A DNA stretch of 64,000 bases from Spirochaetia bacterium (GCA_963668315.1 OY764216.1:5120001-5184000); one strand, 5' to 3'. Counted from the stretch's first letter, positions 1-9,768 are shown. Notes: generated by a model not told the origin, from the sequence alone. Numbers and translations: made by a program.

Positions 1-263
1 TCCCTCCAGCTCTTCTGGGATCCATCCCGTTCGTATTTTCTGACATCGATGGTAACAAGACCCTCTTCGTAGGCAAAGGAACGCACTTCATTCAGCCTTC
101 CATCCTTATAGAAGCGGGACTGAAGAGGACGCTGAAGACCATCGGAAAGGAGTTCCTCGGCCAGTTCCCCGTCACGGTAGAAGTTTTCCCAGTCCCCTTC
201 ATCCGTCTGGGATACCAGAGGAAAGAGTATCACGCAAAGGAAAAGAACCAGCCCCCTTCTCAT
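1..263 (-). CDS. Secreted hypothetical protein (partial, runs off the window start)
   Basis: Manual translation MRRGLVLFLCVILFPLVSQTDEGDWENFYRDGELAEE...; signal-peptide-like N-terminus; ATGA overlap with the ftsY stop; AAGGAG upstream. Confidence 0.7.
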   Translation of the reverse strand, partial: MRRGLVLFLCVILFPLVSQTDEGDWENFYRDGELAEELLSDGLQRPLQSRFYKDGRLNEVRSFAYEEGLVTIDVRKYERDGSQKSWR

Positions 264-1204
264 TCTCCTTCCAGATTGATAAGCTCGGAAAGATAGACTT
301 CCCTGTCAAAGGGGATCAGATCATCAAGGCCTTCTCCCCGTCCCAGGAAGAGAAAGGGAATCCCCAGACGGCGGCAGATGGAGACGAGGAGACCGCCCCG
401 GGCCGTGGAATCGTACTTTGTCATAACGATGGCGTCCACCCCGATGGCCTCGTGAAATACTTCGGCCTGCTGCATGCCGTTCTGCCCCGTGGTCGCATCG
501 ATGACCAGGATTTTCTTGTACACTCCGTCGCCGAGATTGTTCCGGATCACCTTATCAATCTTCTCCAGCTCAAGGACAAGATTCTTCTTATTGTGCATAC
601 GCCCCGCCGTATCGACCAGGATCAGTTTCTCCCCCTGGCTTTTGGCGGAGGCGATGGTATCATAAATCACGGCTCCCGGATCGGAACCTGGCTGCTGGGC
701 GACGACGCGGCAATCCACCCTCTCGCCCTGTATCTTGAGCTGATCGATAGCGCCGGCCCGGAAGGTATCCGCTGCGGCAAGGACAATGGGCCCGGTGCCC
801 TTTTTCTTGTAGTACCGGGCCATCTTGGCGATAGACGTCGTTTTACCCACCCCGTTGACACCGAGAATCAGAAAAAGGTTCAGCCTATCACTATCCGGCT
901 CGAATCTCTCTTCACGGACCGATTCGGCGATAAGACGACGCAGTTCCCCGATGATTTCCTCCTGGGTGGAGAGCTTGTTCTTCCGGACACTGGTACGGAG
1001 TTCATCGGAGATTTCCATGGTAACCGTTCCGCCCATGTCCGACTCGATGAGGAGATCTTCCAGATCTTCATAAAAAGCCTCTCCCGCACCGTCCTTCTTG
1101 AAAAGAGAGGCTATGCGCGACGCCAGATTCTTATTTTTCTTCGGTGAGGCCTGAACTTCCTCCCCGGCGGTTTGTTCCTGTTTTTTTTTCTTGCCGAATA
1201 TCAT
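260..1204 (-). CDS. ftsY: Signal recognition particle receptor FtsY
   Basis: GVNGVGKTT P-loop, DTFRAGA, DTAGR and TKYD..ARGG motifs; start 1204 or 1210. Confidence 0.96.
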   Translation of the reverse strand: MIFGKKKKQEQTAGEEVQASPKKNKNLASRIASLFKKDGAGEAFYEDLEDLLIESDMGGTVTMEISDELRTSVRKNKLSTQEEIIGELRRLIAESVREERFEPDSDRLNLFLILGVNGVGKTTSIAKMARYYKKKGTGPIVLAAADTFRAGAIDQLKIQGERVDCRVVAQQPGSDPGAVIYDTIASAKSQGEKLILVDTAGRMHNKKNLVLELEKIDKVIRNNLGDGVYKKILVIDATTGQNGMQQAEVFHEAIGVDAIVMTKYDSTARGGLLVSICRRLGIPFLFLGRGEGLDDLIPFDREVYLSELINLEGE

Positions 1205-1224
1205 ATACAATCCTTTGCTGTGAA

Positions 1225-2616
1225 CTATCTCTGTTCAATACTTTTTTCCGATGCTTTAATATACTTGACCAGACGGGTTATGGAAACCCCCAGAAGAGCT
1301 CCGCTCACAGCCATACTACCCCAGAAGACACCCGTGCTGTAGTAGGCTCTGTTATAGGCCTCATCATAGGTATCCATGTCTCCCGCGGCATAGGCGCTGT
1401 TGGCCCTCTGGACCTGATTTTCCCTGATGCCGTTCAGTATGAGCGGGGCGGCGACAGAGAGGGAGAACCATCCCAGAGTATTGTAGAACTTATCTTTGGC
1501 TATGAGCCGCTCTTCTTCCCAGTCCACTCCGCCGGCGGTCAGGGCGTAATGAACCTCATCCGGCGTATCCGGCCCCAGAGAAGCCGACAGGGAGTCATAC
1601 CCTTCCAGGGAGAGAATCATTTTCTCCGCCAGGAGGGGGCGGGGAAGAACCAGGGGCGTCTGCCCCCGGTAGACAGAACCGAGGAGGACATCGGCGCCGG
1701 CCGGTTCCGACAGGATGGACACAAGTTCCTCCTCCCCCGGTTCCAGGGCCACGGTTCTCACCATCCGGCTCCCGGGGACAAGGGTAATCTCTTCCCTGTA
1801 GCTTTTATGCCGGGGATACCGGACTTCCAGCAGAGCCGGACCGGGCATGAGGGTTTCCTCGTCCACGGCCCCCACGCCCAGGGAGACGCCGTTAAGAAAT
1901 ACCTGCGCCCGGGACGGATCGGCCGATACGCTCAGAGCGCTCCAGTCGCGGCCGAGAAGTGTCTTCTTGACGGCATCGGCCATCTCCCCCACCAGCCTCT
2001 CAATCTCATCGGTTTTACCGGCTCCCGACCAGAGAGGAAGAGGCTCCTCCCGGGCGGCACTGATTCCGGTCAGCTCAATGAGGATGAAATCGCCCGCATC
2101 GTCGATGGTGCCGGTGATGATAAAATCGGGTTCCTCCTCGCGAGCTTCCCCGGCGGAGGAAAACAGAATCCCCCCCTCTCCGGGAGCGAGATAGGAGATG
2201 GCCCGGGAAGAGGGCTCTTCGTTTCCGGCTGTATCGGCAGAATCATACTTTTTACGGAGGCTGTTAATTTCCTTAGTAAGGGATTCATACTTGATGGGAT
2301 CCTCGGAGAACAGAAGAGCATCCCTCTGTTCCAGAAGACTTTCCCACTGGGCCAGGAGCTTTTCCTGACTGGCGATAAAGGCGTTCCTGCTTTTATGGGC
2401 GATTTCCTCCTCACTCATAAAATGATCCGGATAGGAGGAAATCTCATGATAGAGCTGCAGGGGTATCTGGCGGTAGAGAAAATGATTTTCCCCGGCAAGA
2501 TCCCCCTCAAAAACAGTGAGGGCACATTTCCAGTCCGAGGTTTCACCCCAGAGAAGCGCTCCGAGCAGAAAGAGAAGGGAAAAAAGCCGAATCCTATTTT
2601 GCTCCACCGAACTCAA
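1225..2616 (-). CDS. PEGA-domain membrane/exported protein
   Basis: Signal peptide; two PEGA-like repeats (SADPSRAQVFLNG, SEPAGADVLLG..YRGQTP); C-terminal hydrophobic helices. Confidence 0.75.
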   Translation of the reverse strand: MSSVEQNRIRLFSLLFLLGALLWGETSDWKCALTVFEGDLAGENHFLYRQIPLQLYHEISSYPDHFMSEEEIAHKSRNAFIASQEKLLAQWESLLEQRDALLFSEDPIKYESLTKEINSLRKKYDSADTAGNEEPSSRAISYLAPGEGGILFSSAGEAREEEPDFIITGTIDDAGDFILIELTGISAAREEPLPLWSGAGKTDEIERLVGEMADAVKKTLLGRDWSALSVSADPSRAQVFLNGVSLGVGAVDEETLMPGPALLEVRYPRHKSYREEITLVPGSRMVRTVALEPGEEELVSILSEPAGADVLLGSVYRGQTPLVLPRPLLAEKMILSLEGYDSLSASLGPDTPDEVHYALTAGGVDWEEERLIAKDKFYNTLGWFSLSVAAPLILNGIRENQVQRANSAYAAGDMDTYDEAYNRAYYSTGVFWGSMAVSGALLGVSITRLVKYIKASEKSIEQR

Positions 2617-2975
2617 CCTCGGGCTAAAGCCTTCTTCACAGCCGAAAGGAGCCGGGTTTTCTGGAAGGGTTTAACCACGAAGTCACTGGCTCCCAGCTGA
2701 ATGGCTTTGATGATTCTCTCCTGGTCTCCCAGGGAGGAGCACATGACGACCAGGGAGTCGGGATGGCGCTTTTTCAGCTCCTTCAGACAGCTCAGACCGT
2801 CCATACGGGGCATGGCGATATCCAGCAGAACAAGATCGGGTCTTTTTTCCTCGTACTTAACCAGGCAGTCCTGTCCGTCCGAGGCCTCTCCGGCGATGCT
2901 GTAACCGCCGGCTACGAGAATATCTCTGATGATGGATCTCATAAATGAGAGGTCGTCGACCACTAAAATATTCAT
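2613..2975 (-). CDS. cheY: CheY-like single-domain response regulator
   Basis: MNILVVDD...LLDIAMPRMDG...VVKPF; ATGA overlap with the prfB stop fixes the start at 2975. Confidence 0.88.
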   Translation of the reverse strand: MNILVVDDLSFMRSIIRDILVAGGYSIAGEASDGQDCLVKYEEKRPDLVLLDIAMPRMDGLSCLKELKKRHPDSLVVMCSSLGDQERIIKAIQLGASDFVVKPFQKTRLLSAVKKALARG

Positions 2976-4076
2976 TCCCTGTTCTGAGAGCTGTATCTCA
3001 AATACTCCTCTATGAATTGATCGATATCCCCGTCCATAACGGCCTGAATATTGCCCGTTTCCGCACGGGTGCGCAGGTCCTTGACCATGGTATAGGGATG
3101 AAAAACGTAAGAGCGGATCTGTGACCCCCATCCTATGTCCTTTTTTTCGGCGGCGTTCTTGGCCTGTTCTTCCTGCTGTTTCTGCCGGTAGTACTCGTAC
3201 AGACGCGACCGGAGGATTTTAAAGGCGGTGTCCTTGTTTTTGGTCTGACTTCTCTCGTTCTGACACTGTACAACCAGTCCCGATTCGAGGTGGGTCAGCC
3301 GGACGGCACTGTCCGTTTTATTAACATGCTGACCGCCCGCTCCGGAAGAACGGTACGTATCGATCCTGACATCTTCCGGCTTGATATCCACTTCGATGGA
3401 ATCGTCGATAACGGGGGAAACGTAAACCGAAGCGAAGGAAGTATGCCGCCGGGCATTGGAGTCGAAGGGCGAAATCCGTACGAGACGGTGAATTCCCCCC
3501 TCTCCCTTCAAAAGACCGTGCGCATAGTCGCCATTGATCTGTACAGAGACGGACTTGATGCCTCCCTCGGCTTCCAGAATATCCAGAAGGGTCATCTTGA
3601 ATCCCTTTCTTTCCACCCAGCGGCTGTACATACGGTAAAGCATGGACGCCCAGTCGCAGGCCTCGGTGCCCCCCGCGCCGGAGTGAATCGTCACGAAGGC
3701 ATTCAGACCATCGGTCTCCTCGGAGAGGAGCTCCAGGGTATTCAGGTTCTCAAAGGTCTGTTCCAGAGAATCCATAGAACCGGAGATCTCTCCTTCCAGA
3801 GACTCATCTCCTTCCTCTTTAGCCAGATCGAGAAGTTCGATACAGTCACCCAGATCGGAGACAAGTTTCTCCCAGGGCTCATAGCGTCCCTTGATTCTCT
3901 TCAGTTCGGAAAGGATTTTCTCGGCCTGATCTCTGTCATTCCAGAAATCCGGATCGGCGGAGATATTCTCAAGTTCGGCGGCTTTGTTTTTCAGCTTATC
4001 CGAGTCAAAGACGCCTCCATGCGTCGAGGATGTCCTTTTCTATCTTCTTAATACGGGGGTTCAAGTCATTGAGCAC
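2972..4076 (-). CDS. prfB: Peptide chain release factor 2, with programmed +1 frameshift
   Basis: SPF and GGQ motifs; GTG start at 4076 after TAAGGAG; 23 codons then GGAGG-CGT-CTT-TGA-C at 4018-4004, continuing in +1 frame (DSDKLKNKAAELE...DFWND). Confidence 0.97.
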
Positions 4077-4353
4077 TGTTTTTCTCCTTAAGTATCATGC
4101 GCCGCCACCGATTCTCCGACAGGGAAGAAATGACCAGCCTGTCGTCAATGGGATACTGATAAAACCTGATGGCGTCATAAAAATCGGTAGCCCGGTCAAG
4201 ATCGAGCTTCAACCGGGCCAGCTGTTTCTCATTCATATTGTACGATTCAAAACAATTACCCTGCACCTGTTTAAAGCCATAACGCAGCAGTAAATTGGAC
4301 GTTACACGGCTGGAATCCTCTCCGCCGGCGTCAATTATCACGGAAACAAACAT
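4066..4353 (-). CDS. cas2: Orphan Cas2/VapD-like protein
   Basis: 95 aa; MFVSVIID (Asp8), RYGFKQVQGNCFE and DAIRFY parallel the Cas2 pattern (YD...YG.RVQ.SVFE...DS.R.Y); no cas1 or array in the window. Confidence 0.65.
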   Translation of the reverse strand: MFVSVIIDAGGEDSSRVTSNLLLRYGFKQVQGNCFESYNMNEKQLARLKLDLDRATDFYDAIRFYQYPIDDRLVISSLSENRWRRMILKEKNSAQ

Positions 4354-4359
4354 GGAACA

Positions 4360-4388
4360 ACTCTAGGGTGGAATCCCCTTCCTGTCAA
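4360..4388 (-). promoter_or_regulatory. sigma70 promoter TTGACA-N17-TAGAGT, predicted leaderless start at the cas2-like ATG
   Basis: Consensus -35; 17-bp spacer; ATG 6 nt after the -10; no SD. Confidence 0.65.
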
Positions 4389-4395
4389 GAGGCTT

Positions 4396-4737
4396 CTACT
4401 CCATAACCGAACAGACGTCGGCGTCTTCGGAAAACTCTTTAAAAGATTCACGTACAAAAAGATAGAGATCATCTACCCGAGAGAGGTCCCCTTCCTTGAT
4501 TGTCGTCTCCAGCTCAAAGGAGGCGGCGAACAGCTTCTCGGCACTCACCGCTCCGGCGGAGCCCTTGATCTTATGTGCCAGTTCGGCGGCAGCCTCAGGC
4601 TCCTCCTTAAGGGTTTCTTCCAGCCTGTCCAGCATGAGGGGAACGTCTTCCAGGGTAAAGCCGACAAGTTCCTTTAAAAGGGACATATCGTTCATCGTAT
4701 GCTTCATCGCCTTTTCTTTGTTAAAAACCTCTTCCAT
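4396..4737 (-). CDS. Hpt (histidine phosphotransfer) domain protein
   Basis: AHKIKGSAGAVSA motif; AAGGAG RBS. Confidence 0.9.
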   Translation of the reverse strand: MEEVFNKEKAMKHTMNDMSLLKELVGFTLEDVPLMLDRLEETLKEEPEAAAELAHKIKGSAGAVSAEKLFAASFELETTIKEGDLSRVDDLYLFVRESFKEFSEDADVCSVME

Positions 4738-4747
4738 ACTGATCTCC

Positions 4748-6544
4748 TTAATCCTTGCTTTTCTTCAGGGCATCCTGAAACTCGGTCCAGGCATTATTCT
4801 GCTCCCGGTTGGTATAATGGGGCTCCTTGCTCTTGGGCGGGCGGCTTCGGCGGTTCACAGTCCGGCTTTGACTTCTCGAAGCGGGCGACGGGCGGTAGCT
4901 TTCCATGGGATCGTCCGACGCTTTCAGAGTCTTGCCCGTATAAACATCACCGCCCGTTCTTTTCACGGCGGAACCCTCCCCTCCCCGGGGGGCCGAGTCG
5001 GGAAGACGGCTGAAAGATTCCAGATAACTGTCATACCGGCCGAACAGACGGAGGATAACTTTCCTGAACAGGGGGAGACGGCCGTAGGACTGGAGAAAGA
5101 GGGGCTGAAGGTAAAGATCCAGCATTTTATCCAGCCTGATGAAGCGGATGGTGGAATTTTCCTCGAAGTATTTATTCAAAAGGAGGCGCACCTGCTCTGC
5201 CGTGGGGGTACTTGACCGCCTCTTAACCCAGTGAAGCATAGCCTCTGACATGATTTTAGGCTTATCAAGCATAAGATGAAGCACGGGATACATCTCTTTA
5301 ATCTGATCTCTTATGCTCTGGACAAAGGATTCCGTCGTGGCAAAGACATGGCCTCCTCCTCCCCTCCGGGAAACCAGGACGTCTTCCATGAGAGAGAGGT
5401 AATATTTTTTGAGCTCAACCGAAGCCTCTTTCAGATACATCCGGAAGGAGAGATAGATATGATCGCGGTGCATATAGCCGACCCCGAGATTCACGATAAT
5501 CGGCAGGGACGTCTTGTTTTTCATCATGACGCACTGATCGTAAAAGGTGTTCTTGAAGTCGGGCCATTTTTTTATGCCGTTCTCCAGGTATTCATTCAGC
5601 TCCTGCTGGGTCAGGTATTTTTTCGGCCTCATCTCTATGGACTGACAGACTGCCACCAGCTCGTCCTTCTGGGACTGCTTGTCCAGACGGATTCTCTCCG
5701 CCTCGTCAAGACCGTTCCGGGTGTACGAATAAATAAGGGAAACGGCGGGATAGTAGTCGTCGGGAATATGGCGTCTTTTGTCGGAGACCAGATCCCGGTT
5801 TTCCATAAGGCAGCGGCTGAGTTTATTCCAGAAATTGTGATCCCGGTTCTTCATGTCCCTCTGGATTTCACTCTCCATAAACCCCATGGTCTTGGAAAGG
5901 AAAGTGAGAAGCTGGGGACTTTTCACCACGGTCTTTATCTTATCCCGAGCCAGCCGGATGACATGGGGAATAGTGGCCGGAGTGGCATAGATCGGATCGT
6001 ATCCGTCGCACTTGATAAGAAGAATCCTGACCGCATCCTGGCTTTCAAGGGCCATGGTCTCACTTATGTCGGTCAGCCCCAGGGTTTCCACATATTTCCC
6101 GGGCAGGACCATATCCTGCCTTTCCAGAAATTTGGGAGTAACGAAGAGCCGGTCCTCCGAATGGAGGGAATAGACATACTCATTCTCTATATAATAATAG
6201 AAAAAGCGGATGGAGTCCCTTTCGCATAAAACGATCTGCTTATTAACGATATTTCCCTGGGAAGACGCCACTCCCAGAATTCCGCAGCGGGCATTGAAAA
6301 GCTTCTGCATGAGCTGACTCAGATGGCTCTGGATAAAGGAAAACTGATTCTTCCCCAGTTCTATGAAGCGGTTATAGTCTATCTCCGGTTCCCAGATTTC
6401 GCAGAGCTTATGAAAAATAGCTCTCTGCTCCTGATTAAAATTGCCCAGCTGGGATAGAAATTCCTCTTTCTGAATCTGATCGAATTTAAAAAATTCAGGC
6501 ATGGGGGGCTGCGATCGAAGCTGATATTCCTGAACCTCTGCCAT
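4748..6544 (-). CDS. Hypothetical protein (~598 aa, basic C-terminal tail)
   Basis: Long ORF; ATG 6544 preceded by GGAGCAGGA; no recognised motif. Confidence 0.75.
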   Translation of the reverse strand: MAEVQEYQLRSQPPMPEFFKFDQIQKEEFLSQLGNFNQEQRAIFHKLCEIWEPEIDYNRFIELGKNQFSFIQSHLSQLMQKLFNARCGILGVASSQGNIVNKQIVLCERDSIRFFYYYIENEYVYSLHSEDRLFVTPKFLERQDMVLPGKYVETLGLTDISETMALESQDAVRILLIKCDGYDPIYATPATIPHVIRLARDKIKTVVKSPQLLTFLSKTMGFMESEIQRDMKNRDHNFWNKLSRCLMENRDLVSDKRRHIPDDYYPAVSLIYSYTRNGLDEAERIRLDKQSQKDELVAVCQSIEMRPKKYLTQQELNEYLENGIKKWPDFKNTFYDQCVMMKNKTSLPIIVNLGVGYMHRDHIYLSFRMYLKEASVELKKYYLSLMEDVLVSRRGGGGHVFATTESFVQSIRDQIKEMYPVLHLMLDKPKIMSEAMLHWVKRRSSTPTAEQVRLLLNKYFEENSTIRFIRLDKMLDLYLQPLFLQSYGRLPLFRKVILRLFGRYDSYLESFSRLPDSAPRGGEGSAVKRTGGDVYTGKTLKASDDPMESYRPSPASRSQSRTVNRRSRPPKSKEPHYTNREQNNAWTEFQDALKKSKD

Positions 6545-6546
6545 AA

Positions 6547-6702
6547 TCAGTCCTGCTCCTTCTTCTCTTGGCGGTTCTCTCCGGGGGAGTTCTGCTTTTC
6601 CTGTTTCTTCTTCTGCCAGTAGGGGATGATGCCGAACAGGACTGCCCTTAGAAGAAGCATGATTCCCACAAAAAGCATGAGTGATATGATGGCGCTGCCC
6701 AT
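6547..6702 (-). CDS. Small single-pass membrane protein (51 aa), absent from the ORF track
   Basis: AGGAG RBS; MGSAIISLMLFVGIMLLLRAVLFGIIPYWQKKKQEKQNSPGENRQEKKEQD; own promoter TTGATC-N17-TATACT at 6779-6751. Confidence 0.65.
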   Translation of the reverse strand: MGSAIISLMLFVGIMLLLRAVLFGIIPYWQKKKQEKQNSPGENRQEKKEQD

Positions 6703-6820
6703 TTAAGACTCCTGTCAAGAATCGGTATGAATAAACACACCTCTGCTTACAGTATATTTCTAATTAGTCCTGTGATCAATATATTTTCTCCAATCCCCGG
6801 GAGATGGAAGAAAAAAGGAC

Positions 6821-6917
6821 AAAAAAAAAAGAGCCTCTGCCCATCGGCCCGCCGTTGCTCCTTATTTCACATTCTGGAATAAACGTATGGCGCAGACCGA
6901 TGCTGTTGCTCTTTTCA
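6821..6917 (-). ncRNA. Candidate ~97-nt rod-shaped non-coding RNA, family unknown
   Basis: TTGTAT-N17-TACATT promoter at 6952-6924; nested stems AAAAGAGC/GCUCUUUU and CAUCGGUCUGC/GCGGGCCGAUG; U10 tail. Confidence 0.5.
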
Positions 6918-7009
6918 CTAAGTAATGTAGTCCAACTATTAAGATAATACAAGTTTTTTTTATTTTTTTCCCGCCGATTTAATCGTAAATTAACAGGCAC
7001 GTCCGGATT

Positions 7010-7723
7010 TTACCGATTCTTTACAGAATATGTGATGTCAGAAACAGCCCCGTCCTCCCGAATCATGATTTCCCGGATCCGCGAAAGGACCGGATCATAA
7101 AACCTGTGCCGTCCCGCAGGCAGCCGCGGAGGAATCCCCATTCCCAGAAACGTGTCATCTGAAATCCACTCATCCTCCCCTTCTGCCACCAGGGCAAAAA
7201 GAGGAGAAACCCTGATACGGTAGAGAGCCATCTCGCCCTGCCCAATGTACCGGACCAATCCGTCCAGGTCCAAAAACCAGGGGGATTCTGTCTCTTCCCG
7301 GGTGAACTCCCGGAAAAAACGGGAGACATTAAACAGTCTCAGATCGCCCCCTTCCAGATAGACCCTCCGCAGAACAGCCCCCGCCGGCCCGGACTCAAAG
7401 GACAGATAACCGCTGTCCCCGGATAATCCGTCCAGATAGAGAGCGGCCGGCTTGAGGGAGAATCCGGCCGGTCCCCGGGGCGTTGCCAAGACAATTAGCT
7501 CCTCTTCCCGTCCGGATTTCAGAGTGAATTCACGGCGGTCCTCCTGAACGGAGAAATCGGTGAGACCGTTCTGGAAAGAAAGAACTTCCACATCCCAGCT
7601 TTCGATAAAATCATACTCCCCGGAAAGAGCGGGAAGAACAACCGTATACTCCCTTTCGGCCGGGAAAAAAGTGCACCCCATAAAGAGCACGGACAGAATC
7701 CCCGGAATAAATCCTTTATGCAT
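7010..7723 (-). CDS. Hypothetical lipoprotein
   Basis: Lipobox-like LFMGC after a hydrophobic stretch. Confidence 0.65.
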   Translation of the reverse strand: MHKGFIPGILSVLFMGCTFFPAEREYTVVLPALSGEYDFIESWDVEVLSFQNGLTDFSVQEDRREFTLKSGREEELIVLATPRGPAGFSLKPAALYLDGLSGDSGYLSFESGPAGAVLRRVYLEGGDLRLFNVSRFFREFTREETESPWFLDLDGLVRYIGQGEMALYRIRVSPLFALVAEGEDEWISDDTFLGMGIPPRLPAGRHRFYDPVLSRIREIMIREDGAVSDITYSVKNR

Positions 7724-7750
7724 ACCCCCTGGGGGGGGGCAAATTATTCC

Positions 7751-8284
7751 CTATAACCCGTTTTTCAGGTTTTCCTTGTAAATATTGCGAATTTCCTTAA
7801 GAATATCCCTGTTCTCCCGGCTGCGGAAATCGGGATAGGTCCATTCCAGAGGTTCGAAGTCCTTCTTTCTGAAAAGGAGGGTGGTCTCCCCGTAGATACC
7901 GTCGGACAGAGGAATCCGGTGGGCATTGTCCTTGGTTGTGGCCAGGACAAAACGGCTCAGGGCCATGACGCCCGGATCCAGGTTCACCATACGGCGCCCC
8001 TCATCCAGGGCGTATTTTTTCTCCATCCGGTTGGTCTCTCTCTTTATCGCGGACAGGGCGGAAGGATCGACCAGCCTCTCGAAGGAGTAGAACCAGCGGA
8101 ATATGGGCGTTCCCATTTCCCCGTCGTAATAGTTCGTATAATCAAAGGCGAGAGGGCCTGCTTTATAATCAAAAGGGCCCCATTTTTCCTTCAGTTCCGA
8201 TTCGAGAGACTCCCGCAGATCTTCCCGGGAGATTAATAAGCCTATGACGAGCTTCTCTTCTGTAAAAAGTGATTCTTTCCCCAC
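7751..8284 (-). CDS. DUF4416 family protein
   Basis: F.YT.YY..EMG, R.VNLDPG, LATTKDNAHRI and WTYPDF motifs; GTG start after GGAGAGG. Confidence 0.85.
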   Translation of the reverse strand: MGKESLFTEEKLVIGLLISREDLRESLESELKEKWGPFDYKAGPLAFDYTNYYDGEMGTPIFRWFYSFERLVDPSALSAIKRETNRMEKKYALDEGRRMVNLDPGVMALSRFVLATTKDNAHRIPLSDGIYGETTLLFRKKDFEPLEWTYPDFRSRENRDILKEIRNIYKENLKNGL

Positions 8285-8352
8285 AATTCCTCTCCATAAA
8301 GACGGCAAAACTATTGCATAAACCGGTCCATTCGTTCGATACTAATACTATT

Positions 8353-9768
8353 ATGGAAGAAAATAGGGATTTTGTACAAGAACTGGAAGAGGGATTAAAG
8401 GCAAAGAGAGTGGAACTGGAAAGCTCCATTTTACCGAGCCTGAAAGAAGATCTCCGTAGCTTTGGAAACACCTTCCATATGATGTATACCTACCTCGTCC
8501 AGAAGGGTTTTCTGAAAGAGGATCATTACAACTACGAGCAAACCTCGTCCCTGGAGCCCCCTTCCTCCGATCCTATAGCCGATGCAGAAATGGTTTCGGA
8601 ACTGAGCTACCGTCTCTCAAGTTACGACAGCACAATGGATTATCTGAACAACGTCTATGATGTGGATATAGATAAACTGAATCTGGGCGGCATAAAAAAA
8701 GTCCTTTCCGTCGTGGATTATATCAAATGGAACAGCCTCGGCAGCAACACGACCCATTCCATAACACGGGCACTTTCTCTGATAATGGACAAGATTATCA
8801 CCAATTCCAATGACCCGGTCAGTTCCGAAGTACGCTTCAACGCCATCTCCACGCAGATAACCAATTACAAGAACATCAAGGAAAAGCTGAAGGAGATAAG
8901 CCTCTACCAGAGGGAAGCCTATAAATTCCGGATCCGGTCGGTGATCCTGCCCAGCGTCAATCCGACCTCGGAGATGGTGGCAAAGGATCTGAAGGGCCTT
9001 TTGATGTCCATAAAGCTTGAAATCGGCTCACAGCTTCCCGGCTCTCCCTTCTACCGGGAGCTTATTGAAGAGATACTGGATGAGGACTTCGGCTTCGACG
9101 GGGAAAGGAAAAGAGCCGACCTTCTGAAAAGACTGAATGTACAGGGCAAGAAGGACAGCCAGAAGAAAAAGAAGAAAGAGCCCGAAAGGAAAGTGGACAA
9201 GCAGACCCTTCTCAAGATTATTCCCGATCTGTCCAAATCGGCCGATCAGCTGGGATCGGCTCTGGCCAAACTGGAAAACAACAGGGAAATCACCTCATCA
9301 AAAAAGAAAGGTCTGGCGGAAATTCTGCGCCGTTTCTTCAATAGAAGGGAAGAGGATGTCTACTACGATGTGAAGACCACCGACCCTGTCAGCGGACAGT
9401 CCCGCAAGGTAAGAATCAACTTCACCACCCTTTCCGATAAAATCCGCAAGAAAACCCAGCTGCTCAGAAATATCGGAAATATCAACTCCCAGCAGTACGA
9501 AAAGCTGGCCCAGTATTCCGAAGAGATGCTCAAGGAATTCATCGATAACAATCTTATGGAAATACGCTCGTTCCACCGGCAGATGGTCGGGCTGGACGAA
9601 ATGTTCAAAAAAGAGGATGAACCCACTGTCAAGGCACGCATCAGGGGTATCCGCGTCGAGACGGACACTCTCAAAAGGCTCTATATGGAGTGCAACAAGA
9701 GCCTTAAGGAGTACATGTCCATCAAGGAAGAGATGGCCCAGCTGAAAGCACTGGGCATCAACAATTAA
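8353..9768 (+). CDS. Hypothetical helical/coiled-coil protein
   Basis: Long ORF with genome-typical codon usage; ATG 8353. Confidence 0.75.
   Translation: MEENRDFVQELEEGLKAKRVELESSILPSLKEDLRSFGNTFHMMYTYLVQKGFLKEDHYNYEQTSSLEPPSSDPIADAEMVSELSYRLSSYDSTMDYLNNVYDVDIDKLNLGGIKKVLSVVDYIKWNSLGSNTTHSITRALSLIMDKIITNSNDPVSSEVRFNAISTQITNYKNIKEKLKEISLYQREAYKFRIRSVILPSVNPTSEMVAKDLKGLLMSIKLEIGSQLPGSPFYRELIEEILDEDFGFDGERKRADLLKRLNVQGKKDSQKKKKKEPERKVDKQTLLKIIPDLSKSADQLGSALAKLENNREITSSKKKGLAEILRRFFNRREEDVYYDVKTTDPVSGQSRKVRINFTTLSDKIRKKTQLLRNIGNINSQQYEKLAQYSEEMLKEFIDNNLMEIRSFHRQMVGLDEMFKKEDEPTVKARIRGIRVETDTLKRLYMECNKSLKEYMSIKEEMAQLKALGINN

Noticed and set aside
6850..6880. SRP RNA identity for the rod-shaped RNA (CCAGA...AGCAACGG)
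   Set aside because: Spacing is wrong and the GNRA-capped helix 8 is missing
7725..7740. G9 tract as a phase-variation switch
   Set aside because: Short, intergenic and partly self-complementary; no supporting evidence
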